Below, in pieces: positions 1 to 11,839 of a stretch of DNA of 32,000 nucleotides. Numbering within the stretch: position 1 is the first letter of the stretch; every line of letters begins with the position of its first letter. The notes under the pieces are model-generated. The model saw only the letters and a list, made by a program, of their open reading frames with translations. It was not told the DNA's origin and did not search any database. The DNA is from Ignicoccus pacificus DSM 13166 (lineage in GTDB: Archaea > Thermoproteota > Thermoprotei_A > Sulfolobales > Ignicoccaceae), in assembly GCA_025340205.1 (NCBI GenBank), contig CP006868.1:1500001-1532000 (forward strand), read 5' to 3'. The position numbers were made by a program, and so were the translations under genes.

Positions 1-1152
1 CATCTTACCGGTGCTCAGCTCAACGTCGACGTATACCCTAACTAGCCTCCATAGCATGTCCTTCTTCACCTGCCATACGTACCTAGGATTGGTCTCAAAG
101 CCTAGCTCCATCATAAGCTCTTCAGTGTAGTGGGCCCAACCCTCTATGAGGTCTGTAGCGTTGGCGACTATCGGCCTATATCTAGTTGGTAAGTGCAAGG
201 AAAGCTGCAAGTGGTGACCGGGGTAGGTCTCGTGCACTGCGGTGTTCAGTATGTCGTAGTACTCCCTCTTAGCGGCTCCGGGGGTTACGGAGAGGTATCC
301 CAAGTTCCTCCACTCGAACGGTGCTGGAGGGAAGTAGGCCGCGTAGGGTATGGTCGGAATTAAGGGCTTAGGAGTGTCTATAGCCTCTAGCTCCTCGTCC
401 AATGCTAGAGGCGCCACCTTCTTCTCTATTACGAAATTCTTGGCCCTCTTCACCGCTTCCAAGTAAACATCCTTGGCGTTCTCCACCTCTTTGCCTTGTG
501 GCTCCTCTCCGAGCTCCTCCTTCAGCTTCCTCGCCTCGCTTCTAGCCCAGCTAGCCAAGGATGAGGGCGTCTCTACTATTCCCCTTATCCTCAGCAGCTC
601 CTCGAAGAGGGTTTCCCCTATGGGCTCGAAGCCCTCCTCCGGCTCCAAGGAATCGAGCCATTTATCGTACTCCGCCAATGATTCCAAGACGTCGTTGGGA
701 GCGTTCATATCCAGAAGCATTAGCTTTAGACCGTTGAGCTCCGCCCTAGCAAGCTGGACCCATACCTTCTTCGGCTTGCTCAACATCTCCTTACTGTTCT
801 CGAGCATTCTAGGAATAGCCTTTATTCTAGCCTCCAGAGCCTTCTTCTTGAAGTCCTCGGGAGCGTTCCTGAGTATTGTGGAAATGAGCATTTCGGAGAT
901 GAGGCCGGGAGCTATGGGGTAACTCTTCCAGTACCTCCAGAATCCTGTGGTTATTTGCATTACCTTGAGGCTTCTAACAGCTTCTTGTATGTCCAGCTCC
1001 AGCTTCTCCTCCTCCCAGGAGCTCAACTCAGACAAGTCCAACTCCAACGTATCCAAGCACTTGCTCATCCACTCACATCCCAATTCAGGATAGAGAAAGT
1101 CATACTCGTGGAGGCCTAGGTAGGTTGCAGTTTGTGGTTCGCAAGAGAACAT
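1..1152 (-). CDS. DUF885-family (putative metallopeptidase-like) protein, partial; the C-terminus lies beyond the window start
   Basis: Absent from the ORF track because it runs off the window edge. Manual reverse translation gives one open frame from position 1 up to a stop at about 1231-1233: ...DKTLQDMFSCEPQTATYLGLHEYDFLYPELG...ILNTAVHETYPGHHLQLSL...IEGWAHYTEELM... The HExxPGHH plus EGWAxY pattern matches DUF885 as I remember it. ATG at 1152; an in-frame TTG at 1194 is an alternative start. Confidence 0.75.
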   Translation of the reverse strand, partial: MFSCEPQTATYLGLHEYDFLYPELGCEWMSKCLDTLELDLSELSSWEEEKLELDIQEAVRSLKVMQITTGFWRYWKSYPIAPGLISEMLISTILRNAPEDFKKKALEARIKAIPRMLENSKEMLSKPKKVWVQLARAELNGLKLMLLDMNAPNDVLESLAEYDKWLDSLEPEEGFEPIGETLFEELLRIRGIVETPSSLASWARSEARKLKEELGEEPQGKEVENAKDVYLEAVKRAKNFVIEKKVAPLALDEELEAIDTPKPLIPTIPYAAYFPPAPFEWRNLGYLSVTPGAAKREYYDILNTAVHETYPGHHLQLSLHLPTRYRPIVANATDLIEGWAHYTEELMMELGFETNPRYVWQVKKDMLWRLVRVYVDVELSTGKM

Positions 1153-1345
1153 ATCTTGAAGGGTCTTATCTAGGGGATTCAAGGGATCTCCCAATAATGG
1201 GTCCTTGGGAATGGTAATAAGATGGAGGCGCTACTCGAGCCGATTTGAGTGACATCATAAGGTAAGCTCCTCACAACTCGAGCTCCAAAAATCAAAGCTC
1301 GCCACTTAAAGGTTCGGTCATCAAGGTCCCAGAGTACAGCCTCGC

Positions 1346-2029
1346 TCATTGCCTCCCCAGGGCTCCGGAGAGCACTTGGGTTATCCTAGCTAGCTCCGGT
1401 CCGGTGGTCTGCTCCCCTACTAAGGCTCCCTTGTTGTTAGCGACTACTCCCATCTTCACGTAGGGAACTCCGTAGTTCACCGTTCCCACGTCTACCGGGA
1501 CCTTGAACTTTTGACTTAGCTCCTCAGCCTCCTCGTCGCTCACCTCTGGGTGCACCAGACCTCCCTTGTCGTTGAACACGGCAGCGGATCCGACGGTGGG
1601 TATCTTAGCTATGGTCCCGGTTTCTGCGGGAACTCCCAAAGCGTTGGATATGGTCTTCTTCAAGCCCTCCATTTCAGGGTGGAGCAAGGCGTAGTGGTCG
1701 TTCGTTAGAACCACGTTCCCTAAAGCGGTAAGCCTCCCCGGTATCACGTGAACCGGGAGGTCTACCTCCTTCTTCAGCTTCTCTATCTCATATTCCTTAG
1801 CTATCGAAGGAACCAGTATAGCGTGGTTGTTACCAGCTATGAACAGACCTAACAAGGAGCTGTCTACTATCTTCATCTCGATTACTCTTACCCTCAAGGT
1901 CTCCTCTACAGTCTTCACTACCTTTTCGGTCTGTCCGGGAGGGATTAGAGCGAAGTCATCGTTGGCGAAGATGTAAACCCCTATGTTGGGGTTCCCAAAA
2001 ACGCTTATCCTAGCTACCTCGAACTCCAT
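1346..2029 (-). CDS. eif6: translation initiation factor 6 (aIF6)
   Basis: 227-aa ORF. The N-terminus MEFEVARISVFGNPNIGVYIFANDDFALIPPG and the overall pattern are typical of aIF6/eIF6. It sits directly after L31e, as in the conserved archaeal cluster. Confidence 0.93.
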   Translation of the reverse strand: MEFEVARISVFGNPNIGVYIFANDDFALIPPGQTEKVVKTVEETLRVRVIEMKIVDSSLLGLFIAGNNHAILVPSIAKEYEIEKLKKEVDLPVHVIPGRLTALGNVVLTNDHYALLHPEMEGLKKTISNALGVPAETGTIAKIPTVGSAAVFNDKGGLVHPEVSDEEAEELSQKFKVPVDVGTVNYGVPYVKMGVVANNKGALVGEQTTGPELARITQVLSGALGRQ

Positions 2030-2034
2030 CTCCT

Positions 2035-2334
2035 TTAGGCCTCCACGTTCTTCAAGTTGGCCAAAGTTACATAGGCCACCTTCTTCTTACCTTCCTCGGC
2101 TTCCTCCTCCACGACCTCCACGTACACCGGCACCCTTCTGGGGGGCTTCTCGATGCTCCTGCTCCACACGTAGTTGTTCACGGTGTTGTCTATCTTAACT
2201 TCGTCAACTCCGAAGTGCCTCTGCACGAACTCCCTGATCTTCCTTATAGCCCTCTTAGCCCTGTTGGTCCTCTTGCCCCAATACAACCTCTTCAAACTTA
2301 TTATGTATATCACACCAGACTTCTCCTTAGGCAT
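2035..2334 (-). CDS. rpl31e: 50S ribosomal protein L31e
   Basis: 99-aa basic ORF with the L31e-like stretch RLYWGKRTNRAKRAIRKIREFVQRHFG. Tightly packed in the ribosomal-protein cluster. Confidence 0.93.
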   Translation of the reverse strand: MPKEKSGVIYIISLKRLYWGKRTNRAKRAIRKIREFVQRHFGVDEVKIDNTVNNYVWSRSIEKPPRRVPVYVEVVEEEAEEGKKKVAYVTLANLKNVEA

Positions 2335-2348
2335 TTACATCACCTCCG

Positions 2349-2507
2349 TTACACGTTCTTTATCTTCTGCCTCCTCCAGTACCTCCTCATGGGGTTCCTT
2401 TCAACCCTTCTCCTGGTCTTCAGTATGACCCAAGCCGGTAGAGCTCTGTTCTGCTTAGTCTTCTTAGCTAGCCTTATCTTCTTAGCGACGTGCTTATAAT
2501 GAGCCAT
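2349..2507 (-). CDS. rpl39e: 50S ribosomal protein L39e
   Basis: Below the ORF-track length cutoff. Manual reverse translation gives [52 protein letters not shown] (52 aa), which matches the L39e consensus. It lies between the PDCD5-like gene and L31e. Confidence 0.9.
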   Translation of the reverse strand: MAHYKHVAKKIRLAKKTKQNRALPAWVILKTRRRVERNPMRRYWRRQKIKNV

Positions 2508-2509
2508 TC

Positions 2510-2869
2510 CTACCACCCCCTTTCTCTTATATTAATGCGGGTCTCCCTCCTCTGGGAGCCAGACAGACGAGCCAAAATCTCCTTTATCTCCTCGTCCGTG
2601 ATAGGCTTGGGTATCCTGCCGGACTGAGCGAGGACTATCAGGTAGTTCTCCACTTGCTCCGCTAGCTCAGGCCTTACCAGCTTCACGTTGGCTAGCCTCT
2701 GCCTGGCCTCAGCGGTCAAAATGTTCCTCAGTATCTCTGCCTTTATAGCCTCTTCTCTCCTCTTGAGCTCCTCCTCTTGCTGCTTAGCTAGCATCTGCTT
2801 CTGAAGCTCCTCCAGCTTCTTCCTCTTTAACTCCTCCAGCTCCCTCTCGTCAAAGCTCATGGTTCTCAC
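2510..2869 (-). CDS. PDCD5/TFAR19-like double-stranded DNA-binding protein
   Basis: 119-aa ORF with a charged coiled N-terminus and the core [38 protein letters not shown] typical of the archaeal PDCD5-like family. It holds the conserved position between S19e and L39e. The 4-nt ATGA overlap with S19e suggests translational coupling. Confidence 0.85.
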   Translation of the reverse strand: MRTMSFDERELEELKRKKLEELQKQMLAKQQEEELKRREEAIKAEILRNILTAEARQRLANVKLVRPELAEQVENYLIVLAQSGRIPKPITDEEIKEILARLSGSQRRETRINIRERGW

Positions 2870-3330
2870 TTCTCAACGTACTTCTTCAGCTCCTTCATCT
2901 CCTCGGCTATCTCCAGGAAGGTGAAGTAGGCGACGTGGTCGAGGACGCTCCTCCCGGCGGGGGTCAGCACCCTTCCTTGCTTGGTCCTCCTCACCAGCCC
3001 GGCCTTCTCGAGCTGCTGGAGTATCTTCCTTATGTGGGATCCTCCCGCCTTGCGGAAGTGGGGCGGAGCCACTCCCCTCCTCTGCCTTCCGCCGTAGATG
3101 GTTCTGAAGGTCTCGATTCCCACCGGCTCGTCGCTTACGTACAGCTTCCTCAGTATGCTCGCAGCTCTGTAGTACCACCAGTCGGTGTCGAGAGGCGGCC
3201 TGTCCTTGTGAGGGCCGGTCTTGGCGTACATCGCCCACTCCGGGGGCCTTATCTCCGGGAACTTCTCCTTGAGATACATGGCCAACTTCTGGTTGAACCT
3301 GTCCGGTGGCACCTCCCTAGGGGTAATCAT
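2866..3330 (-). CDS. rps19e: 30S ribosomal protein S19e
   Basis: 154-aa ORF with S19e-like motifs [32 protein letters not shown] and [18 protein letters not shown]. Confidence 0.93.
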   Translation of the reverse strand: MITPREVPPDRFNQKLAMYLKEKFPEIRPPEWAMYAKTGPHKDRPPLDTDWWYYRAASILRKLYVSDEPVGIETFRTIYGGRQRRGVAPPHFRKAGGSHIRKILQQLEKAGLVRRTKQGRVLTPAGRSVLDHVAYFTFLEIAEEMKELKKYVEK

Positions 3331-3374
3331 GGTCTAATCCCCGTGAGTTGGCATTGGCCTAGCTTTAAATTGTT

Positions 3375-5288
3375 CTAAGCGCGACGCCTCCTATGAATTA
3401 AGAGGTACGCCAAGGGAAGTAACAGCGGGAGAGGGACTGTGGTACTCGATTTCGATTGAAGCAATCTTGTGGTGTTCGCTACCAATTCCGAAATAGCAGT
3501 AGTACAATAACCGTCCCAGTTAACAAAGAGAGTCAGAGTTAGTGGCAAAGAAGCAAAGTTATTCATTAGTGTCACAACCTGTGAGGTAGTGGCTTGGAAG
3601 TTTATCGGGTAACCCTCAGGAAAGAATGGCGAAGCAAAAGATGTGATGCCTAGTGTAGCTGTTATTATGAATGTTGTTAGAACAGTTGGTAACAGAAGTA
3701 AGGTTGTTTTTGTCAAATAGGTAGTATAGTATGAAAGAGTACTACTTACGTAGGTAGTGACTATACTACCTCCGAGAGTAAGTATCGTTGTAGTAATGGT
3801 GCGTCTAATCCAAGTCGTATTTATAACATTGTTAAACGTCAGGGTTATATTAGTTGTAATCGTACTAGTTGTCGTGGTTACATACCCGGCATAACTGGTT
3901 ACATACAATGAAAGGCATACTATCTTAGGTGAGAATGATATTATCGACTTACCTATTATATTTTCTACCGTCGTGTATGTTTTTCCATCAATACACACGC
4001 ACTGAGAAGCTACTGTGATGTCGTCGGGACTACCTAGATCTATTGTGCGCGTAACTGTCGGTAAGGAAGTAAGTAGTGAAATCGTCGTTAAGTAAGCACC
4101 AGTAACCGTGAGTCCGACTAAGGTTAGCTTTAATCCATATGGCTCACAAATCAAGGCATTGTATTCATAAAGCCTATCCTGCAACGTGACATTCCAACCC
4201 CACATTGGTATGAACCCACCTCTACTCATTTTGACTATTAGTATTGGTTTATACATTTCATTATCACAATCCAAGACATCAAGGACATGAAACCTACTAC
4301 GGGGGCCCGGAACCCAGAGCCCTACAGCTATTTTGTCACCCTTCCAATCAACAGAACCGACATAACTCTCAAACATCCTCTCCAGCACTTGCTTACCAGA
4401 TTGCACATCAAATATGTGGATTTTCCAATCATCTGCATCAGCACTTACCAAGTACCTACAATCCGGACTGAAGGCGACGCTGTAAGCTCCACCAATCCCA
4501 TCGTGATTCCAAAGCTCTCTTGGATTCGTTGGATCGCTTATGTCATAAAGGTAAACGTGGTGAGCTGTTCCAAGAGCTAAGTAATGACCACAAACTTGAG
4601 CGTCCCAAACACTCTCGCTGAACTTTATTGTCTTTACCTCACTTCCATCTGAGAGTTTGAGAATGGTTAGACCGCCACCTTCTCTTGGAACGTAGACGTA
4701 CCCTTTGTAAACAGCTGGACCGTTTACAATGTAATTCATACTCACGTCCCACCTCTTGTTTCCGTTGAAGTCGAAGTAGGCTAGATTGACACCACCAGCC
4801 AGAAAGCCGTCCTTGAGCATCGTGATTGCTTGGTTGTAATCAACTCCAACGTACACCTTCTTCCAAGTTCTAGTTGAGAGGTCGTAGATGTAGACGTAAC
4901 CATCCCCATTCACAAAGCCGAACTTGTTGCAACAATAGGAGACATCGTTCATAGCGTAACCTCCATATTCCTCGCTTACTAAGTGACCATTAGGATCCAA
5001 AATGATAGCGGGACCACTTGCCGCCCCTAAGTAACCCTCTTCTGAGAGGATCACTTTCGGTAAAGCGGGAGACGAAACATTAGCGTGGTACTCAATCGAC
5101 CAGAGCGGTGTAACCGCGATAGCTAAGAGCTTGACAGACGGCGTTATCAATATTAGGAATAATAGGAATAATTTTATCTTCACTTGAGCATTACCCCATA
5201 TGTAAGCACTGAGGTTATAGAAGTTAAAAAACATTACTTTATTTATAGAAGATGGATATACCTCATGTACGAACGACTGCAGCCACAC
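3375..5288 (-). CDS. exported beta-propeller (WD40/PQQ-like) surface protein with a Thr-rich region and a C-terminal membrane anchor
   Basis: 637-aa ORF. It has an N-terminal hydrophobic segment (KIKLFLLFLILITPSVKLLAIAV). Propeller-like repeats follow (YSVAFSPDCRYLVSADADDWKIHIFDVQSGKQV, GYVYVPREGGGLTILKLSDGSEV). Next comes about 200 aa of Thr/Ser/Val/Ile-rich sequence with many N-x-S/T sequons. The C-terminus VPLPLLLPLAYLLIHRRRRA is a TM segment with a basic tail. The true start may be the internal Met at about 5234. The gene is clearly AT-richer than its neighbours, judged by eye. Confidence 0.7.
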   Translation of the reverse strand: MWLQSFVHEVYPSSINKVMFFNFYNLSAYIWGNAQVKIKLFLLFLILITPSVKLLAIAVTPLWSIEYHANVSSPALPKVILSEEGYLGAASGPAIILDPNGHLVSEEYGGYAMNDVSYCCNKFGFVNGDGYVYIYDLSTRTWKKVYVGVDYNQAITMLKDGFLAGGVNLAYFDFNGNKRWDVSMNYIVNGPAVYKGYVYVPREGGGLTILKLSDGSEVKTIKFSESVWDAQVCGHYLALGTAHHVYLYDISDPTNPRELWNHDGIGGAYSVAFSPDCRYLVSADADDWKIHIFDVQSGKQVLERMFESYVGSVDWKGDKIAVGLWVPGPRSRFHVLDVLDCDNEMYKPILIVKMSRGGFIPMWGWNVTLQDRLYEYNALICEPYGLKLTLVGLTVTGAYLTTISLLTSLPTVTRTIDLGSPDDITVASQCVCIDGKTYTTVENIIGKSIISFSPKIVCLSLYVTSYAGYVTTTTSTITTNITLTFNNVINTTWIRRTITTTILTLGGSIVTTYVSSTLSYYTTYLTKTTLLLLPTVLTTFIITATLGITSFASPFFPEGYPINFQATTSQVVTLMNNFASLPLTLTLFVNWDGYCTTAISELVANTTRLLQSKSSTTVPLPLLLPLAYLLIHRRRRA

Positions 5289-5605
5289 AGTGAAACTTTT
5301 TTGTTCTCGAGTCAGATCCTACTACACCTCGACTTTTGACAACAAAGTAATATCCAACAAGGTGATTTATGGGAACTCGTATATTCTTAAGTAAACATAA
5401 TAAAACTACATGATTCGAAACCTCAAATGAATTGGGCATAATACTTTTTTATTCCATTTGATTGCTTGGACTGAGTTCATTATTTCTCTACTTGTTCGCT
5501 CATACATTCCAACATCGTTATAAAGAGACTTAACTGCGTGTGTTCGTTGGTACTTAGTATAAAATATTCCATTTTCCTCAGAGGGACTGTCAATTCTTAA
5601 TGTTT

Positions 5606-6282
5606 CTATACAGTACAATTTATCATTGAATCTATAATGCCCATTATGCTCCCTTCGTACTTGTTGTACGTCCTATGATTTATCCCTAGCTCATTGAAGT
5701 TGAAGTTTTTAGCATAAGCAATAGCTTCTACTATCAACATCGGAGATGTCAAGTAAACCACATGTGAGAAGCTAGCGTTGAATTTCATCATGCCTCTAAA
5801 GATGTATTCAGCGGACACTTCAATTGATTCCATCCTCTTTATGCCTTTGATTATACAATGCTCCAAGCCTAGTTCCTTTATCACTTTGTATTGCTTAGCT
5901 CCCTCAGTAGTTATTCTCCTTATTCCTAACCTTCTTACCTTCTTAATAACTCTTTTTCGCTACCTTAGAGCTCTTCCTTCTGCTCAAGCAGATCAACGCA
6001 TAGTTTCTATTTGCTTCATCATAAGCAACGAGCAGGTAGGCGTAACAACCATTTAGCTTAATCATTGTATAGTTCAAATGAACTTCGTTTGAAAAGCGCT
6101 TCTTATTTCCTCATCTTGAATCTAAACTTTCTGACGTAACTTCTAATTGTATCGTGAAACATTCTTAGTTTGAATATTTCTCTGATAGCTATTGAAACTT
6201 TCCTAAGCGGTGATCCTAAGATGTAGAGCAATATCGAGGCATTAATCACTTCTTCTGGCCTAATTGGACCTTTTGGTGGCAT
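5606..6282 (-). pseudogene. IS6-like DDE transposase, disrupted by at least two frame changes or stops (degenerate insertion sequence)
   Basis: Three consecutive minus-strand fragments lie in different frames. Fragment 6282-6103 is MPPKGPIRPEEVINASILLYILGSPLRKVSIAIREIFKLRMFHDTIRSYVRKFRFKMRK, an HTH-like N-terminus. Fragment 6065-5943 is MIKLNGCYAYLLVAYDEANRNYALICLSRRKSSKVAKKSY, resembling the IS6 motif 'ikv.G.w.YLw.AiD'. The fragment from about 5950 to 5606 is ...IRRITTEGAKQYKVIKELGLEHCIIKG..., resembling 'i.TDg...Y'. Catalytic Asp positions appear substituted. Weak imperfect terminal inverted repeats may lie at about 5566-5600 and 6293-6318. That would give an element of about 750 bp, which is IS6-sized. 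Confidence 0.45.
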
Positions 6283-6596
6283 TAATACAATATCTAATTG
6301 AGTGCTACCAAAAGGAATAAATGAGTTTTCATGAGGTGGATCGATAGTGAAGAGTTAACGTTCCCTCCCAGACATTCCTTTCAAAGACCACCGACCGAGC
6401 TAGCTTTTCATCTTGAATAATTATCGACCTCCAACTCTAGATTCACAACCCTTCTCCCAGTATGAGCTTAAATACTCTCTTATATCAAGTGATCGAGGAG
6501 AATTAGAGGATCCCTTCCTACCAAGTCAAACTCTAAGATTAAACACTGGGAGATTTCAAAAACACTTATTTATTCTCATTCGTTCTAGAACACGAA

Positions 6597-7871
6597 TTAA
6601 AGGTGAGAACCTAGTCTCCCGTGAAGGAAGTCGTCGTATCCCTTCAAGTCGAGCAAACCGTGACCGCTCAGGTTGAACAATATTACCCTCTCTTCCCCTT
6701 CCTCCTTCGCCTTAAGCGCTTCCTCGATAGCCGCCTTTACTGCGTGATCGCTCTCCGGAGCTGGAATTATCCCCTCGGTCTTGGCGAATATCCTCCCGGC
6801 CTCGAATATCTCCTCTTGAGAATAGGTTACGGGCTCCACTATTCCGTGATTGATGAGAATGCTTAGGGTAGGAGCGACTCCGTGGTACCTAAGGCCTCCG
6901 GCGTGTATCTTGGGAGGGACGAAGTCGTGTCCTAAGGTATGCATCTTCAGCATAGGAGTTAGGCCTGCGGAGTCCCCGAAGTCGTAGCGATACTCTCCCT
7001 TGCTCATGCTCGGAACCGATTTGGGCTCAGCTGCCACAAACCTTACCTCCTTCCCTCCCTTGAGCCTGTCGTAGACGAAGGGATAGGCTAGACCAGCGTA
7101 GTTGGAGCCTCCTCCTACGCAACCTATTACGACGTCTGGGTATTCTCCTAAGGCCTCCATCTGCTTCTTCGCCTCCAATCCAATTACGGTTTGGTGCAAT
7201 ATGACGTGGTTGAGTACTGAACCCAAGCTGTACTTGGTGTTCTCGTGAGTTACTGCATCCTCTATCGCTTCAGCTATGGCTATTCCCAAGGAGCCGGGGT
7301 GGTTGGGATCTTGCTCCAAGAACTTCTTTCCCACTTGAGTGTAAGGACTGGGGGAGGGGACCACCTCAGCTCCGTAAGTCTCCATGACTATTCTCCTATA
7401 GGGCTTCTGCTCGTAGCTTATTCTCACCATGTAGACTCTAAGAGCTATGTCGAACAAGGCCGTAGCCAAGGATAGAGCCGAGCCCCACTGACCCGCTCCG
7501 GTCTCAGTGGTTAACCTCTCCGTTCCCTCCTTAGAATGATAGTATGCTTGAGCTAGAGCTGTGTTAACCTTGTGGCTCCCGGTAGGGGTAACGCCTTCGT
7601 ACTTGAAGTATATCTTAGCTGGAGTCTTGAGGTACTCCTCCAATCTCTTGGCCCTTATGAGGGGAGTGGGCCTCCCTATCTCTAGGTAAGTGTTCCTCAC
7701 CTCCTCTGGAATAGGGATCCATCTGTCTTGACTGAACTCTTGCCTTACCACTTCCTTAGCGAAGAGTACCTCTAACTCTTCAGGCTTTACCACGCTTCCG
7801 TCGGGCTTCCTCATGGGAGGAACAGGCTCCGGTAGGTCTGGAAGGATGTTGTACCACTCCTTAGGGGCCAT
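6597..7871 (-). CDS. trpB2: tryptophan synthase beta-chain paralogue (TrpB2-type PLP enzyme)
   Basis: 424-aa ORF. It has the N-terminal extension [25 protein letters not shown] typical of TrpB2, the PLP-lysine context [11 protein letters not shown], and a GGGSN loop. No other trp genes are adjacent. Confidence 0.88.
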   Translation of the reverse strand: MAPKEWYNILPDLPEPVPPMRKPDGSVVKPEELEVLFAKEVVRQEFSQDRWIPIPEEVRNTYLEIGRPTPLIRAKRLEEYLKTPAKIYFKYEGVTPTGSHKVNTALAQAYYHSKEGTERLTTETGAGQWGSALSLATALFDIALRVYMVRISYEQKPYRRIVMETYGAEVVPSPSPYTQVGKKFLEQDPNHPGSLGIAIAEAIEDAVTHENTKYSLGSVLNHVILHQTVIGLEAKKQMEALGEYPDVVIGCVGGGSNYAGLAYPFVYDRLKGGKEVRFVAAEPKSVPSMSKGEYRYDFGDSAGLTPMLKMHTLGHDFVPPKIHAGGLRYHGVAPTLSILINHGIVEPVTYSQEEIFEAGRIFAKTEGIIPAPESDHAVKAAIEEALKAKEEGEERVILFNLSGHGLLDLKGYDDFLHGRLGSHL

Positions 7872-8080
7872 GTCCTCTGACTGAGGGGCTCTGATTAAGG
7901 GAGATCACCAAGTATAGATAGACATGAAGAGTATATAACTGGGTGAGGATCTTAGTATTGAAAGGACGCATTAGGTACAAGGAGAAGACAGCGGAGGACG
8001 TTGTTTAAGCAACTTTAGGATGTGCTACATAATATCAAGTTTGAGAGATAATAGAATCAGAGAGGATAGGAGTTGACCGT

Positions 8081-8150
8081 GGGCGCCGGATAGGGTTCAC
8101 TTCGGGTCCCCAGATGGGTTCCGGGTTTGCCGGCCTCCGGGCCCTCGGGG
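8081..8150 (-). other. 23S pre-rRNA processing stem, 3'-flank strand (contains a BHB bulge)
   Basis: About 70 nt that are almost perfectly complementary to 11283-11352. The ORF track mirrors this: the peptide RNPSGDPK appears in frames on both strands. The bulge AAA (RNA sense) lies next to the 4-bp CGGC/GCCG helix around 8126-8133. Confidence 0.85.
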
Positions 8151-8164
8151 GCCCCGGGGACGAG

Positions 8165-11266
<3,102 letters not shown>

Positions 11267-11282
11267 TGCCCCTGGGCGGGGT

Positions 11283-11352
11283 CCCCGAGGGCCCGGAGGC
11301 TTGCGGCCCCGGAACCCGTCTGGGGACCCGAAGTGAACCCTATCCGGCGCCC
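11283..11352 (-). other. 23S pre-rRNA processing stem, 5'-flank strand (contains a BHB bulge)
   Basis: Complementary to 8081-8150. RNA sense reads GGGCGCCGGAUAGGGUUCACUUCGGGUCCCCAGACGGGUUCCGGG-GCCG-CAA-GCCUCCGGGCCCUCGGGG. The 3-nt bulge CAA follows the 4-bp central helix. Confidence 0.85.
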
Positions 11353-11580
11353 ATTGACCCGGGTGGGGGGTCTTCACCCAACCCTCCGAGAGAGCTGGGT
11401 TGCATCACGCCCCCACCCGGGGCGTCGCGCCCTTCAGCCGGGAGCGGCGGCTCCCGGCCTGCATCTGGGCGGTAAGCGTCCGTGTTACCCCCTAACTCCC
11501 GGGGTTTTTGAGCTTTCCCCGGGAGCGGGGATCTCTCGGCCCGGGTTTTCCCGGGCCTCATCTGTTTCTTGGTGAGCTTG

Positions 11581-11663
11581 CGCTCCCGGGCCCGCCCCGC
11601 CGGGTTCTCCCCGGCCCCGGGCGGCGCCCTCCGTGTCTCCCCTAGGGGGGTGGGGATAATAAA
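11581..11663 (-). promoter_or_regulatory. rRNA promoter/leader repeat, copy A (upstream of 23S)
   Basis: 83 nt identical base for base to 19206-19288. In transcription sense it begins with a TATA-like TTTATTAT (11663-11656), followed by 75 nt of GC-rich leader. Confidence 0.75.
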
Positions 11664-11839
11664 GCTAACTATTTGGTAAGCTCCGCTCTTTCTATCTCAG
11701 AACTCAACTAAGGAGCACCACCTTGAGATCATAGAGTATTAACCGCTCGTTTGAGTAAAATTTCAAACAAAAAGCTTTTATTTGGATCACCTCCGCTAGC
11801 CCTAATCACCCTCCCCTTAAGCTCACACTAGGGAGGAGC

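Noticed and set aside
473-922. 149-aa Ser-rich ORF on the plus strand
   Set aside because: It is antisense to the well-supported DUF885 frame and has low-complexity Ser/Leu composition typical of shadow ORFs.
2174-2499. Two plus-strand ORFs of 84 and 94 aa
   Set aside because: They are antisense shadows of the L31e and L39e genes.
5406-5618. 70-aa minus-strand ORF in the AT-rich island
   Set aside because: It has no recognisable motif and lies at or beyond the apparent end of the IS remnant. In AT-rich DNA such short ORFs may be real, but I cannot support this one.
6413-6676. 87-aa plus-strand ORF
   Set aside because: It overlaps the 3' end of trpB2 in antisense and otherwise spans non-coding AT-rich DNA. 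It has no supporting features.
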